NCBI RefSeq assembly: GCF_001677475.2
Contig: NZ_CP015229.1
Direction: 5' to 3' (one strand)
Origin: Escherichia coli
GTDB lineage: Bacteria > Pseudomonadota > Gammaproteobacteria > Enterobacterales > Enterobacteriaceae
Length of the DNA: 64,000 bases
Every line of letters begins with the position of its first letter. Position 1 is the stretch's first letter. This document shows positions 31,105-43,194 of this stretch, one piece after another. The notes under the pieces are model-generated. The model was not told where the DNA came from. It was given only the letters and a program-made list of their open reading frames with translations, and ran no database searches. Both the position numbers and the translations under genes were made by a program.

Positions 31105-33321
31105 ACGTCCAACCGCCGCTTTAGGGCGTTTCTTCGCACCAGCATTCACCGGACGAGATTGCGTAGACGACGCTTTTTTTGCCGTAGCAGGCGTCTGACG
31201 CTGGGTCGCCATCGGCGTATGTTTAGTCAACGCCGGACGGGTATTGCGATTCTGGCGACGAGCCTCACGCATCTCTTCAATGGTTGGCGCAGGCACTAAG
31301 CAATCGCGACGGCTGCCAATCAGATGCTTTTTGCCCATCGCTTCCAGCGCCTGACGGATTAACGGCCAGTTTGCCGGATCGTGGTAACGCAACAACGCTT
31401 TATGCAAACGACGCTGTTTGTCACCCTTCGGTACAAAGACGTCTTCACTCTTATAACCAATCTTCGCCAGCGGGTTTTTGCCGGTGTAATACATAGTGGT
31501 CGAGTTAGCCAGCGGCGACGGGTAGAAGTTCTGTACCTGGTCGAGGCGGAAGCGGTGCTTTTTCAGCCACAGCGCCAGATTCACCATATCTTCATCGCGC
31601 GTACCGGGGTGTGCCGAGATGAAATACGGGATCAAATACTGCTCTTTACCTGCCTGTTTCGAGTAGGTATCGAACAACTCTTTAAAGCGGTCATAGCTGC
31701 CCATGCCCGGCTTCATCATCTTCGACAACGGCCCTTCTTCGGTATGTTCCGGGGCAATCTTCAGATAACCGCCGACGTGATGGGTCGCCAGCTCTTTGAT
31801 ATAGCGCGGATCTTCCACGGCGATGTCATAACGTACGCCGGAAGCGATCAGGATCTTTTTAATGCCTTTCAGATCACGCGCACGGCGATAGAGGTTGATC
31901 GTCGGTTCGTGGTTAGTGTCCATATGCGGACAAATATCCGGGTAAACACACGACAAGCGGCGGCAGGTCTGTTCAGCGCGTGGCGATTTGCAGCGCAACA
32001 TATACATGTTGGCAGTTGGCCCACCGAGATCGGAAATTACGCCCGTAAAACCTGGAACGGTGTCGCGGATCGCTTCGATCTCATTGATGATCGAATCTTC
32101 CGAACGGCTCTGAATAATGCGCCCTTCATGCTCGGTAATAGAACAGAAAGAACAGCCACCAAAGCAGCCACGCATAATGTTGACCGAGAAACGGATCATT
32201 TCGTAAGCCGGAATACGAGCATTGCCATAGGCCGGATGCGGCACGCGCTTGTACGGCAGCGCAAAAACGCTGTCCATCTCTTCGGTAGAAAGCGGGATAG
32301 CAGGCGGGTTGATCCACACATAGCGGTCGCCATGTTTTTGCATCAATGCGCGGGCGCAGCCTGGGTTAGTTTCGTGGTGCAGAATACGCGAAGCATGGGC
32401 GTACAGCACTTTATCGCCCTTCACTTTCTCGAAAGAAGGCAGCAACACGTAGGTTTTTTCCCATGGTTTCGGGCGCGGCGGCTGCACAGTTACAGCTTTA
32501 GCTTCCTGCTTTTTCGGGGCCACCGGTTTGTTATCCGCGCACGGCAGATCTTCGCCATACGGATGCGGGATTGGGTCGATTTTCCCTGGGGTATCAAGAC
32601 GGGTGGAATCCACACCGCTCCAGCCAGGCAGCGCCTCTTTTACGATAATTGCGGTATTACGCACATCGCGGATTTCACTAATCGGCTCACCCATCGCCAG
32701 ACGATGCGCCACCTCCACCAACGGACGCTCACCGTTACCGAACATCAGCATGTCGGCTTTCGAATCCACCAGCACGGAACGGCGCACGGTATCGGACCAG
32801 TAATCATAATGCGCGGTACGGCGCAGACTAGCCTCAATACCGCCGAGGATCACCGGCACATCTTTCCACGCCTCTTTACAACGCTGGGTATAAACCAGTG
32901 TGGCGCGATCCGGTCGCTTACCCGCGACGTTATCCGGCGTGTAGGCATCGTCATGACGTAAACGGCGATCGGCAGTGTAACGGTTGATCATCGAATCCAT
33001 GTTGCCAGCAGTAACACCAAAAAACAGATTCGGTTTACCCAGACGCATAAAGTCGTCTTTGCTGCTCCAGTCCGGCTGGGCGATGATCCCGACGCGAAAG
33101 CCCTGCGCTTCCAGCATACGACCGCAAATCGCCATCCCAAAGCTTGGGTGATCGACATACGCGTCGCCAGTAACCAAAATGATGTCGCAGCTATCCCAGC
33201 CAAGTTGATCCATCTCTTCACGAGACATCGGCAAAAACGGTGCCGGTCCAAAACAGGCGGCCCAGTACTGCGGCCAGGAGAACAGGTCGCGATCCGGTTG
33301 GATCAGGGAGATAGAGCTCAT
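31102..33321 (-). CDS. ygiQ: UPF0313 radical SAM protein (739 aa)
   Basis: CxxxCxxC radical-SAM cysteine motif (CFGGCSFC); length matches K-12. Confidence 0.93.
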   Translation of the reverse strand: MSSISLIQPDRDLFSWPQYWAACFGPAPFLPMSREEMDQLGWDSCDIILVTGDAYVDHPSFGMAICGRMLEAQGFRVGIIAQPDWSSKDDFMRLGKPNLFFGVTAGNMDSMINRYTADRRLRHDDAYTPDNVAGKRPDRATLVYTQRCKEAWKDVPVILGGIEASLRRTAHYDYWSDTVRRSVLVDSKADMLMFGNGERPLVEVAHRLAMGEPISEIRDVRNTAIIVKEALPGWSGVDSTRLDTPGKIDPIPHPYGEDLPCADNKPVAPKKQEAKAVTVQPPRPKPWEKTYVLLPSFEKVKGDKVLYAHASRILHHETNPGCARALMQKHGDRYVWINPPAIPLSTEEMDSVFALPYKRVPHPAYGNARIPAYEMIRFSVNIMRGCFGGCSFCSITEHEGRIIQSRSEDSIINEIEAIRDTVPGFTGVISDLGGPTANMYMLRCKSPRAEQTCRRLSCVYPDICPHMDTNHEPTINLYRRARDLKGIKKILIASGVRYDIAVEDPRYIKELATHHVGGYLKIAPEHTEEGPLSKMMKPGMGSYDRFKELFDTYSKQAGKEQYLIPYFISAHPGTRDEDMVNLALWLKKHRFRLDQVQNFYPSPLANSTTMYYTGKNPLAKIGYKSEDVFVPKGDKQRRLHKALLRYHDPANWPLIRQALEAMGKKHLIGSRRDCLVPAPTIEEMREARRQNRNTRPALTKHTPMATQRQTPATAKKASSTQSRPVNAGAKKRPKAAVGR

Positions 33322-33431
33322 TTTGCTTCCAGAAATGATAAAAAAATAATCAAAGGCCGGGGATTATAAGCCGGAACGAAAGAGAAATCGAAAGGTATTC
33401 CATACTCGCCCTCCTCGGGCGAGTATGAAGA

Positions 33432-34844
33432 TTACGGTACCGGATTGACCAACAGTTGCCCAATCGAGCCACGGTCCGCCATTTCCAGCGTCTGACTGTT
33501 GAAGTAGAACGGGAAGTGCGCCCAGGAAGGCTGACCAAAATAAACAAGCAGCTCCACTTGTCCGTCAACCCAAACGGTATCTTTCCAGCCTCTGTCTTCC
33601 GGGAACGGCATCGCGCCATTCACGTTACGGATCTGGAACATCACGCCTTCAATATGGAACGCTTGCGGCTCGTCCGCGCGTACCGTCCAGCGTTCCCATG
33701 TTCCTTGCTGCGCGGTGACATCAATACGGTTGACGTCCCACAGCTGTCCATTAATACCCGGGTCATCACCCAGACTGATATCGCGACTGCGAATTGGCGA
33801 ACCAGCCATGATTTCAGTTGGCAGCAAGCGCATCGGAAGACTGTCTGTGACCAGCGGCAGAAGGCCGGTTGGGCGCAGCGTTAGCACCAGGGTAGAAACC
33901 AGAATGCTGGATGGCTCAAAGAAGCCACGAATACGATCAACAATGCTCGCCGCTTCGCCACAGGTGATCGACACTTCATCACCGTTGCTCATATCCACCA
34001 GAATCTCGCGGCGCTCGCCCGGTGCCAGCGAAAGTTGCTTCACCGATACAGGAGCAGGCAGGAATCCCTGATCGCCAGAAATCACATGTAACGGGCGACC
34101 ATCGCTCATCTGTAGTTGATAGCGACGAGAGTTCGACGCGTTCAGCAGTCGCAAGCGCACCCAGCCGCGCGAGACTTCAACGTACGGGCTTTGTACACCG
34201 TTAACCAGCAGCGTATCACCAACAAAGCCGCCGCTTCCCGGTTCGTTGTATTCTGGCGTACCAAAGTTATCCAGCCGTTTATCCTGGATAATGACCGGAA
34301 AATCATCCACACCATAATGGTTGGGGATAGGCAGCGACTTGCTGACTTCATCTTCCACCAGCCACATTCCGGCAAGGCCGTTATAGACCTGCTGAGCCGT
34401 GCGGTTGGGAGTATTGGCGTGATACCACAGAGTAGCTGCGTTCTGGCGAATAGGCAGTACGGGTGCCCAGTCAGCGTTTGGCGACATCATCCGTGCCGGA
34501 CCGCCCATCAGCGGGCCTGGTACCTGTAGCCCGGACACCGTCATTGAGACATTTTCTGTCAGGCGGTTGCTGTAAATAAGCTTAACATCGTCGCCTTTCC
34601 AGACGCGGATAGTCGGCCCCAGGTAACGACCATTGATTCCCCAAACCGACGCGCGTGTCCCTGGCGTAAATGACCAGTGCGCACGTTGTACAGTCATAAA
34701 CAGCGGTTGCCCACGGCGAGATTCAAGCAGCGGCGGAACGGGTAGCGGTTGCTGTTGCCCGGCTGCGCTGGCCTTCAGGGGAACAGCGCCTGCACAAAGT
34801 GCAATCCCCGATGCCTGAATGAACTGACGCCGACTGAGTGACAT
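33432..34844 (-). CDS. ftsP: Cell division protein FtsP (SufI), multicopper-oxidase fold, Tat substrate (470 aa)
   Basis: Tat signal MSLSRRQFIQASGIALCAGA. Confidence 0.95.
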   Translation of the reverse strand: MSLSRRQFIQASGIALCAGAVPLKASAAGQQQPLPVPPLLESRRGQPLFMTVQRAHWSFTPGTRASVWGINGRYLGPTIRVWKGDDVKLIYSNRLTENVSMTVSGLQVPGPLMGGPARMMSPNADWAPVLPIRQNAATLWYHANTPNRTAQQVYNGLAGMWLVEDEVSKSLPIPNHYGVDDFPVIIQDKRLDNFGTPEYNEPGSGGFVGDTLLVNGVQSPYVEVSRGWVRLRLLNASNSRRYQLQMSDGRPLHVISGDQGFLPAPVSVKQLSLAPGERREILVDMSNGDEVSITCGEAASIVDRIRGFFEPSSILVSTLVLTLRPTGLLPLVTDSLPMRLLPTEIMAGSPIRSRDISLGDDPGINGQLWDVNRIDVTAQQGTWERWTVRADEPQAFHIEGVMFQIRNVNGAMPFPEDRGWKDTVWVDGQVELLVYFGQPSWAHFPFYFNSQTLEMADRGSIGQLLVNPVP

Positions 34845-34918
34845 ATTTGCTCCATGTAAAACTGGCTAAAGTAATACCGTGCAGGAAAGTGTTCCCCGCA
34901 AAAATACAGATTGCCGAC

Positions 34919-35656
34919 TTAAACTTTTCCGGCGGCTTCGCGCTCTGCGACTTCTTTATCGAGCTCGGCGATTTTTTGTTCCATTATCGAACGACAATGG
35001 GCAGCCAGCTCACGAACCTGATCTTTGCCATACTGACTGACGTCAATTGGCGGCAGCATTTCGACAATCACCAGACCGTTGTGCAGTCGATTAAGATTAA
35101 TCTTATTCGAAGTTGTAGAGACACACACGGGAATAATCGGGACGCCCGCCGCAATTGCCGCGTGAAATGCCCCGGTCTTGAACGGTAGCAGGCCGCGACC
35201 ACGGCTGCGGGTACCTTCCGGGAACATCCAGATGGAAATACGGCGTTTTTTGAAGTGATTCACTACTTCCGCAATAGTGCCGTGAGCTTTAGTGCGATTA
35301 TTTCTGTCGATCAATAAGTTGCCGGTTAACCAGTACAACTGCCCGAAGAAGGGGATCCACAGCAAGCTCTTTTTACCTACCGTCACCGTCGGCGGTTGCA
35401 CAATGTTCGATGCTGTCACCATGTCATAGTTGTTCTGGTGGTTAGCGATATAGATAGCATTGCCGTAGCTTTCAGCGTCTGCAGGTTTGCGGCACTCAAC
35501 TTTCAGGCCGAACAGCGGCGCAAGACGGCCAAACATATGCCCAAAGGTGGCCACATGTTTCGGGTTACGCGGGCTGAAAAGGCAGTAAATGGAGCCGAAT
35601 ACACAGACTAAGATGCTGTAAATCACGGTAATAATAAGACGAAAGATATATAGCAT
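34919..35656 (-). CDS. plsC: 1-acyl-sn-glycerol-3-phosphate acyltransferase (245 aa)
   Basis: HxxxxD acyltransferase motif (NHQNNYD). Confidence 0.95.
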   Translation of the reverse strand: MLYIFRLIITVIYSILVCVFGSIYCLFSPRNPKHVATFGHMFGRLAPLFGLKVECRKPADAESYGNAIYIANHQNNYDMVTASNIVQPPTVTVGKKSLLWIPFFGQLYWLTGNLLIDRNNRTKAHGTIAEVVNHFKKRRISIWMFPEGTRSRGRGLLPFKTGAFHAAIAAGVPIIPVCVSTTSNKINLNRLHNGLVIVEMLPPIDVSQYGKDQVRELAAHCRSIMEQKIAELDKEVAEREAAGKV

Positions 35657-35888
35657 AACACCCTCTGAAGGTCTGAGAGACTGGCATTGTACGTCACCTG
35701 AAATCAGGTTAGGGCATTGTTAAAAGCCGCTCTCTGGAAAAGCGTATTGTTAATCGCAACGCATGAATAAACAACGGTTTCAAGGGAATTTTTATCGTTT
35801 CCGGGGGTTGAATACGCTGCCGGATGACGACTTAACGTTTCATCCGGCGTTCCTTGCAAGCGGGAGGAAACAGGCCCTCCCCGGCATA

Positions 35889-38147
35889 TTACTCTTCGCT
35901 ATCACCACTGCTGGCACGGCGAGGAGAGTCGATCTCAACACGATCGATACGCTGCAAACCGCGCATCAACGTACCGCGGCGTCCACGTTCGCCAGTGACT
36001 TTCTGTAGCTCTTCCGGACGCAGTTTAATTTTGCGTTTCCCAACATGAATGGTCAGCGTGCTTTGCGGCGGCAGAACGTACAGTTGCGCAAGACCATCTT
36101 CTCCACGCGCGGCTTCTGCCGATGGAATGTTGATAATCTTGTTGCCTTTGCCCTTCGACAGCTGCGGCAGATCGCTTACCGGGAACATCAACATACGGCC
36201 TGCCTGAGTGATTGCCAGCAGCATATCGGAAGCATCTTCAATCACCACCGGCGGCATAACATGGGCATTTTCCGGTAAGGTGATCAAAGCTTTACCTGCA
36301 CGGTTACGCGCCACCAGATCGTTAAAGGTGCAGACGAAACCGTAACCCGCATCGGAAGCCATCAGCAGTTTCTGATCGTCGCTTTCCATCAGCATATGGT
36401 CAACGGTCGCCCCAGGCGGCAACGTTAATTTGCCGGTGAGCGGTTCGCCCTGACCACGCGCCGACGGCAGCGTAATCGGGTCAATGGCATAGCTACGACC
36501 GGTGGAATCAACAAACACTACCGGTTGGTTGCTCTTACCTTTCACCGCCGCTTTGAAGCTATCACCCGCTTTATAATTCAGGCCCGGCGCGTCGATATCA
36601 TGGCCTTTAGCGCTGCGTACCCAGCCCATCTGCGACAGCACAATAGTGACAGGTTCAGACGGCAGCATGTCGTGCTCGCTCATCGCTTTCGCTTCTTCGC
36701 GTTCCTGCAACGGCGAACGACGATCGTCACCGTAGGCTTGCGCGTCTGCCTGCAGTTCTTTCTTCAGCAGGTTATTCATTTTACGCTCGGAAGCCAAAAT
36801 GCCCTGCAACTGGTCGCGCTCTTTTTCCAGCTCACTCTGCTCACCGCGAATCTTCATCTCTTCCAGTTTGGCAAGATGACGCAGTTTCAGTTCGAGGATC
36901 GCTTCCGCCTGGGTTTCCGTAAGGCCAAACCGCGACATCAGCGCCGGTTTCGGTTCATCTTCATTACGAATGATCTCAATCACTTCGTCGATATTGAGAA
37001 ACGCCACCAGCAAACCTTCGAGGATATGCAGGCGCTTGAGGACTTTCTCCAGACGATAGTTCAGTCGGCGGCGCACGGTATCGCGGCGGAACACCAGCCA
37101 TTCAGAGAGGATTTCCAGCAGGTTTTTCACCGCCGGACGACCATCCAGACCGATCATATTGAGATTAATGCGATAGCTCTTTTCCAGATCGGTGGTAGCG
37201 AAGAGGTGGTTCATCACCTGATCCATATCCACGCGGTTGGAACGCGGCACAATCACCAGACGGGTCGGGTTCTCGTGGTCAGATTCATCGCGCAGATCGT
37301 CAACCATCGGCAGCTTTTTGTTGCGCATTTGCGCAGCAATTTGCTCCAGTACGCGCGCACCTGAAACCTGATGCGGCAATGCGCTGATAACCACCGCACC
37401 ATCTTCTTTCTTCCACACCGCGCGCATACGCACTGAACCACGTCCGTTCTCGTAGATTTTACGGATCTCGGCGCGCGAAGTGATAATTTCCGCTTCAGTC
37501 GGATAATCCGGCCCCTGCACGATATCCAGCAGCTGATCGAGCGTGGTTTTCGGCTGGTCGATTAATGCGATTGCCGCCTGAGCCACTTCACGCAGGTTAT
37601 GCGGTGGAATATCGGTCGCCATGCCGACGGCAATACCGGTGGTACCGTTAAGCAAAATGTTTGGCAGACGGGCAGGTAGCATTTTCGGCTCCTGCAAAGT
37701 GCCGTCGAAGTTTGGTACCCAGTCAGCCGTCCCCTGCCCCAGCTCGCTCAATAGCAGCTCGGAATATTTCGACAACCGGGATTCGGTGTAACGCATTGCC
37801 GCGAACGATTTCGGATCGTCCGGCGCGCCCCAGTTCCCCTGACCATCAACCAGCGGATAACGGTAAGAGAACGGCTGCGCCATCAGGACCATCGCTTCAT
37901 AACAGGCGCTATCGCCGTGCGGATGGTATTTACCCAGTACGTCACCGACTGTACGGGCCGATTTTTTAAATTTGGCGCTGGCATTCAGGCCCAGCTCAGA
38001 CATCGCATACACAATGCGGCGCTGAACAGGTTTCAGACCATCACCAATAAACGGCAACGCACGGTCCATGATCACGTACATGGAGTAGTTTAAGTAGGCG
38101 TTTTCCGTAAATTCATGTAGCGCAAGGCGCTCTGCCATATCGCTCAT
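35889..38147 (-). CDS. parC: DNA topoisomerase IV subunit A (752 aa)
   Basis: GyrA/ParC N-terminal catalytic region with active-site AAMRYTE. Confidence 0.97.
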
Positions 38148-38284
38148 TAATTCTGATTCCTCAACTTATTCGCCAGCCTTCAAAGGGGCAATATTGCCGG
38201 AGATACTACATTATCTGCCGCGTCGAGTCACAGGAGATCAGCGTGAATAGCGCCGCCGGACGTGCTCCGACGGCGATAAAGGCA

Positions 38285-39892
38285 TCAATGTGCCTTGATA
38301 TACAACTCTTTGCTGTAGACATAATCCTGGGGATTATGCAGCGGAAAACCGCCAACGTAGGGTTTAAGCAGTTTGATTAACGGCTGATAGTAGATAGGAA
38401 TCAGCGGTGCCTGTTGGTTGATGATCACTTCTGCCTGCTGATACAACGCATTACGCTTTGTCGCATCAGTGATCTGCGTGGCCTGGTTTAGTAAGGCGTC
38501 ATACTGCGCATTTTTCCAGTGACCGACGTTTTCTTCACTATCGCTTTTGAGCGTGTTCAGGAAGCTGGAAGCATCATTGTACGTCGTATCCCACGACTGC
38601 CGAGACAGCATGAAATCACCGGCTCGTCGGGCATCAAGATAGGTTTTCCACTCCATTGTACGCAGCGTCACCTGTGCACCCAGCCATTTTTTCCATTCGG
38701 AAGACAACGCTATCGCGGTCTTTTCATGCAGATCGTACTTGTTGTAGAACAGCTCAAAGCGTAGCGGATGAGAGGCGTCGTATCCCGCCTGTTTCAGCAA
38801 GGCTTTTGCCATCGCGACGCGCTCACTCATTGGCTTTTGCAGTTCATCGAACGTCGTCGTGCTAAAGCCTTTTACCTCTGGCGGCGTCAGCGTGGTTGCG
38901 GGCGTTCTCAACCCCAGTACCTTTTGCGCAATAAGCTGTCGATCAACCGTAAGATATAGCGCCCGACGCACTCGCACATCGTTAAATGGCGGTTTCTCAA
39001 GGTTAAAGTTGTAATATTCGCTGTTCAGACGCGGGATAATTCGTAGCTCGCCAGGCAGTGATTTTTCAATGGCAGGAATTTGCTGCGCCGGAACCCAGGT
39101 GAGATCGACCTCTCCCGCGCGATAGCGGTTATAGCCGGTGACCGAATTATCCAGCGCCAGATACTCAACTTGTTGCAATACTGTATGTTGCGCATCGCGG
39201 TACTTTGGATTTTTGCGTGCAGTAATCTTTTCGTTAACTACCCACTGTTCAAGCACAAAGGCACCGTTGTAAACCATGTTCTCTGGCTTACTCCAGCTAT
39301 CGCCATGTTTAGCGATGACATGATGAGGAACCGGGAACAGCGTCGGCCAGGCGAGCATCGTCGTGAACCAAGGAACCGGCTGCTCAAGCGTAACTTCAAG
39401 AGTACGATCATCCGTCGCTTTGACACCCAGCGATGTAACATCTGCTTTACCCGCAACAATAGCCGCGGCATTGTTAATGTGCGCCTGTGCCAGATAGCCA
39501 GCAAAAGGGCTTGCCGTTTTCGGGTCAACCGCGCGCTGCCAGCCGAGGACAAAATCCTCTGCCGTCAAAGGCTGACCGTCTGACCACTGCAAACCGCTAC
39601 GCAGATGGAAAATATAGCGCTTGCCGCCGTCCAGTATCTCCCAGCGTTCAGCCTGAGCGGGCTGCACCTGGCCTTCACCGTCCATCCATACCAGACCTTC
39701 AAACAGATCCAGCACAATCTGCGCGGCAGTATTCTCCTCCACCTTTTGCGGGTCGAGCGTACCTGGGTCGCTATGATTGTTGTAACGAAAGACTTGTTGC
39801 GGGGCGAGCGGTGTGTTGGCGGGAACGTCAGCAGCGTAGAGAGGTGCCGCACTTACCAGGCTGACCAGCCATAATAAATTTCGCGTATACAT
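38285..39892 (-). CDS. ygiS: Periplasmic oligopeptide-type ABC substrate-binding protein (535 aa)
   Basis: Family 5 SBP with signal peptide; start at internal Met (MYTRNLLW). Confidence 0.88.
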   Translation of the reverse strand: MYTRNLLWLVSLVSAAPLYAADVPANTPLAPQQVFRYNNHSDPGTLDPQKVEENTAAQIVLDLFEGLVWMDGEGQVQPAQAERWEILDGGKRYIFHLRSGLQWSDGQPLTAEDFVLGWQRAVDPKTASPFAGYLAQAHINNAAAIVAGKADVTSLGVKATDDRTLEVTLEQPVPWFTTMLAWPTLFPVPHHVIAKHGDSWSKPENMVYNGAFVLEQWVVNEKITARKNPKYRDAQHTVLQQVEYLALDNSVTGYNRYRAGEVDLTWVPAQQIPAIEKSLPGELRIIPRLNSEYYNFNLEKPPFNDVRVRRALYLTVDRQLIAQKVLGLRTPATTLTPPEVKGFSTTTFDELQKPMSERVAMAKALLKQAGYDASHPLRFELFYNKYDLHEKTAIALSSEWKKWLGAQVTLRTMEWKTYLDARRAGDFMLSRQSWDTTYNDASSFLNTLKSDSEENVGHWKNAQYDALLNQATQITDATKRNALYQQAEVIINQQAPLIPIYYQPLIKLLKPYVGGFPLHNPQDYVYSKELYIKAH

Positions 39893-40000
39893 GGTATTCC
39901 TTACCGGAGAAATTATAAGCCCAATAACAATACGCCTGTGGCATTGTTCGCTCAAACTTATCGCGAGTGATTTGGCTCACACTCCGGTAAAGATTCCCCA

Positions 40001-40483
40001 TCACGCTAACGGTACATAAACATCCGTTTCCAGTCGCTGCTCTGTCACCCCTTCGGCAAGATTGGTGTAGTGAAACAGAATCGGTGCTTTACGCATTTTC
40101 TCGCCGCTTGCAGGCAGCCAGTGGCGAATAATGCCCCATATCGTGTGTGAAATATCGTCCAGCTCGCCAACATGGCGGGTAACAGCATAACGCCCACCGG
40201 TAAGTTCGCCATTACTCACGCCATAACGATTATCGGGGATCGGTTCGCTAACGCTGCCGCAGATATCAAAGCGAAACGCTTCCGGTGCGGTGGTGGCAGG
40301 GTCGTCCCAGGCGACGCCAAAAGTCTGGCTTTGGTTAACAGGAGAAAGCCCCGTCTCTTTACGCCACATGATAAATTTCGCCACGCTGTAGTTGAGCAAC
40401 TCAGGGCTACAGCGGTGCGGCAACATCGCCACAGGGATTGATGGGAAATCGATAATATTTACATCCAGTGTCAGGTTTGTCAT
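40001..40483 (-). CDS. ygiV: GyrI-like small-molecule-binding domain protein (160 aa)
   Basis: SbmC/GyrI-like fold; position upstream of ygiW. Confidence 0.85.
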   Translation of the reverse strand: MTNLTLDVNIIDFPSIPVAMLPHRCSPELLNYSVAKFIMWRKETGLSPVNQSQTFGVAWDDPATTAPEAFRFDICGSVSEPIPDNRYGVSNGELTGGRYAVTRHVGELDDISHTIWGIIRHWLPASGEKMRKAPILFHYTNLAEGVTEQRLETDVYVPLA

Positions 40484-40535
40484 TTTGCCTCCCTGCGAAA
40501 TTATTCCCGGGAACGCGTCCCGGGAGCGGTAACAA

Positions 40536-40928
40536 TTACGGATTTACTTTGCGGATCTGTTTGACGTCAATTTCAACAGAATTCCAGTCTTTATCGACTT
40601 CCCCCTGAATCTCAACCGTATCTTTCGGCGTCACCGTCACGCCGTTCCAGCGTTTGTGGTCGATATCAACATTGATAGTACCGCTGGCATCTTTGAACAC
40701 GTAGAGATCGTCAGAGATGCGTTCAACGATATTGCCGCGCAGGGTTACCCAGGTGTCGTCACGCAGGGATTTTGCGCTTTCTACAGTCGTTACGCTGCCA
40801 TTCGGCCCCTGGAATCCTCCGGCCTGACTTTGCGTTGCCGATGGGCCAGAAAAACCGCCCTGCTCTGCTGCCATCACCGGTGCGCTGCACAGGGCCATTA
40901 CTGCGATTACTGCTGCGAATTTTTTCAT
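40536..40928 (-). CDS. ygiW: BOF (OB-fold) periplasmic stress protein (130 aa)
   Basis: Signal peptide MKKFAAVIAVMALCSAPVMA. Confidence 0.9.
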   Translation of the reverse strand: MKKFAAVIAVMALCSAPVMAAEQGGFSGPSATQSQAGGFQGPNGSVTTVESAKSLRDDTWVTLRGNIVERISDDLYVFKDASGTINVDIDHKRWNGVTVTPKDTVEIQGEVDKDWNSVEIDVKQIRKVNP

Positions 40929-41079
40929 GTTTATTACTCCCTTTAATGTCTGTTTCCGAGCATTTAACAAGATAGTCCTTAACAACTTCTTAAGGGAAAA
41001 AAATAAAATTTAATGCTGTACAGAGCGCGTTACAACACGGTTTACTGGCAGCAAATACGGTTATCGCAGGGATGAAAAA

Positions 41080-41739
41080 ATGCGAATTTTACTGATAGAA
41101 GATGACATGCTGATTGGCGACGGCATCAAAACGGGCCTTAGTAAAATGGGTTTTAGCGTCGACTGGTTTACACAAGGTCGTCAGGGAAAAGAGGCGCTAT
41201 ACAGCGCACCTTATGATGCGGTGATCCTGGATTTAACCTTACCAGGCATGGATGGTCGCGATATTTTGCGCGAATGGCGAGAAAAAGGTCAGCGTGAGCC
41301 GGTATTGATCCTGACCGCGCGCGATGCGCTGGCGGAACGTGTAGAAGGGCTGCGTCTGGGAGCTGACGATTATCTGTGTAAACCTTTTGCGTTGATAGAA
41401 GTCGCCGCCAGGCTAGAAGCTCTGATGCGCCGAACCAACGGCCAGGCCAGCAACGAGCTGCGCCACGGCAACGTCATGCTCGACCCCGGCAAACGTATCG
41501 CCACACTGGCTGGCGAACCCTTAACGCTGAAACCAAAAGAATTTGCCCTGCTGGAATTACTGATGCGTAACGCTGGTCGGGTACTGCCGCGCAAACTGAT
41601 TGAAGAGAAACTGTATACCTGGGACGAAGAGGTCACCAGTAATGCCGTTGAAGTGCATGTGCATCATCTGCGACGCAAACTCGGCAGTGATTTTATTCGT
41701 ACCGTTCATGGTATTGGCTACACATTAGGTGAGAAATGA
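41080..41739 (+). CDS. qseB: Two-component response regulator, OmpR family (219 aa)
   Basis: [15 protein letters not shown] receiver domain plus winged helix. Confidence 0.96.
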   Translation: MRILLIEDDMLIGDGIKTGLSKMGFSVDWFTQGRQGKEALYSAPYDAVILDLTLPGMDGRDILREWREKGQREPVLILTARDALAERVEGLRLGADDYLCKPFALIEVAARLEALMRRTNGQASNELRHGNVMLDPGKRIATLAGEPLTLKPKEFALLELLMRNAGRVLPRKLIEEKLYTWDEEVTSNAVEVHVHHLRRKLGSDFIRTVHGIGYTLGEK

Positions 41740-43085
41740 AATTTACCCAACGTCTTAGTCTGCGAGTCAGGCTGACGCTAATCTTTTTAATTCTGGCCTC
41801 GGTGACCTGGCTGCTTTCCAGCTTTGTCGCCTGGAAACAAACAACGGATAACGTCGATGAGTTGTTCGACACCCAACTGATGCTGTTTGCCAAACGGTTA
41901 AGTACGCTCGATCTCAACGAAATCAACGCGGCAGATCGCATGGCACAGACGCCAAATAAATTAAAACACGGTCATGTTGATGACGATGCGCTGACCTTTG
42001 CCATCTTTACCCACGACGGCAGAATGGTCCTTAACGATGGCGATAACGGAGAAGATATTCCCTATAGCTATCAGCGGGAAGGTTTTGCTGACGGGCAACT
42101 GGTCGGTGAAGACGATCCCTGGCGTTTTGTCTGGATGACCTCACCTGATGGCAAATATCGCATCGTTGTTGGTCAGGAATGGGAATACCGCGAAGACATG
42201 GCGCTGGCGATTGTTGCCGGGCAATTGATCCCGTGGCTGGTCGCACTGCCGATTATGTTAATCATCATGATGGTACTACTGGGTCGTGAACTCGCGCCGC
42301 TGAACAAACTGGCGCTGGCACTACGTATGCGTGACCCTGACTCGGAAAAACCACTAAACGCGACGGGCGTACCTAGCGAAGTGCGTCCACTGGTTGAGTC
42401 GTTGAATCAACTGTTCGCCCGCACACATGCGATGATGGTTCGTGAACGACGCTTTACCTCCGACGCAGCTCACGAACTACGTAGCCCGTTAACGGCGCTG
42501 AAAGTGCAAACCGAAGTTGCGCAGCTCTCTGACGATGATCCGCAGGCGCGGAAAAAAGCGCTGCTTCAATTACATTCCGGAATCGATCGCGCTACTCGTC
42601 TGGTTGATCAACTGCTCACGCTATCGCGGCTGGACTCACTGGATAACCTTCAGGACGTCGCGGAGATCCCGCTTGAAGATCTCCTGCAATCGTCGGTGAT
42701 GGATATTTACCACACGGCGCAGCAGGCGAAAATTGACGTGCGACTGACACTCAATGTCCAGGGCATCAAACGCACCGGACAACCGCTATTGCTAAGTTTG
42801 TTGGTGCGAAACCTTCTGGATAACGCCGTGCGTTACAGTCCACAGGGTAGCGTGGTAGACGTCACGCTGAATGCCGATAATTTCATCGTGAGGGATAACG
42901 GCCCCGGTGTGACGCCAGAGGCACTGGCGCGAATTGGCGAACGCTTCTATCGCCCACCCGGGCAAACCGCTACCGGCAGTGGACTTGGGCTATCGATTGT
43001 CCAGCGAATCGCCAAATTGCATGGCATGAATGTTGAGTTTGGGAATGCGGAACAAGGTGGATTTGAGGCGAAGGTAAGCTGGTAA
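41736..43085 (+). CDS. qseC: Sensor histidine kinase (449 aa)
   Basis: H-box AAHELRSPL; 4-nt overlap with qseB. Confidence 0.96.
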   Translation: MKFTQRLSLRVRLTLIFLILASVTWLLSSFVAWKQTTDNVDELFDTQLMLFAKRLSTLDLNEINAADRMAQTPNKLKHGHVDDDALTFAIFTHDGRMVLNDGDNGEDIPYSYQREGFADGQLVGEDDPWRFVWMTSPDGKYRIVVGQEWEYREDMALAIVAGQLIPWLVALPIMLIIMMVLLGRELAPLNKLALALRMRDPDSEKPLNATGVPSEVRPLVESLNQLFARTHAMMVRERRFTSDAAHELRSPLTALKVQTEVAQLSDDDPQARKKALLQLHSGIDRATRLVDQLLTLSRLDSLDNLQDVAEIPLEDLLQSSVMDIYHTAQQAKIDVRLTLNVQGIKRTGQPLLLSLLVRNLLDNAVRYSPQGSVVDVTLNADNFIVRDNGPGVTPEALARIGERFYRPPGQTATGSGLGLSIVQRIAKLHGMNVEFGNAEQGGFEAKVSW

Positions 43086-43194
43086 GGGTAAGACTTTTGC
43101 TAAATTCGCAAAAGACTTTGCACATTTTGCTAATTTCACCGTACCGCTCTGTGACGTACTATAGTCGACAAACGTCTCACCTTGAGGTTAAAAA

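Noticed and set aside
31381-32961. 526-aa plus-strand ORF inside ygiQ
   Set aside because: Antisense shadow ORF; ygiQ with its radical-SAM cysteine motif is the real gene.
36525-37364. 279-aa plus-strand ORF inside parC
   Set aside because: Antisense shadow ORF.
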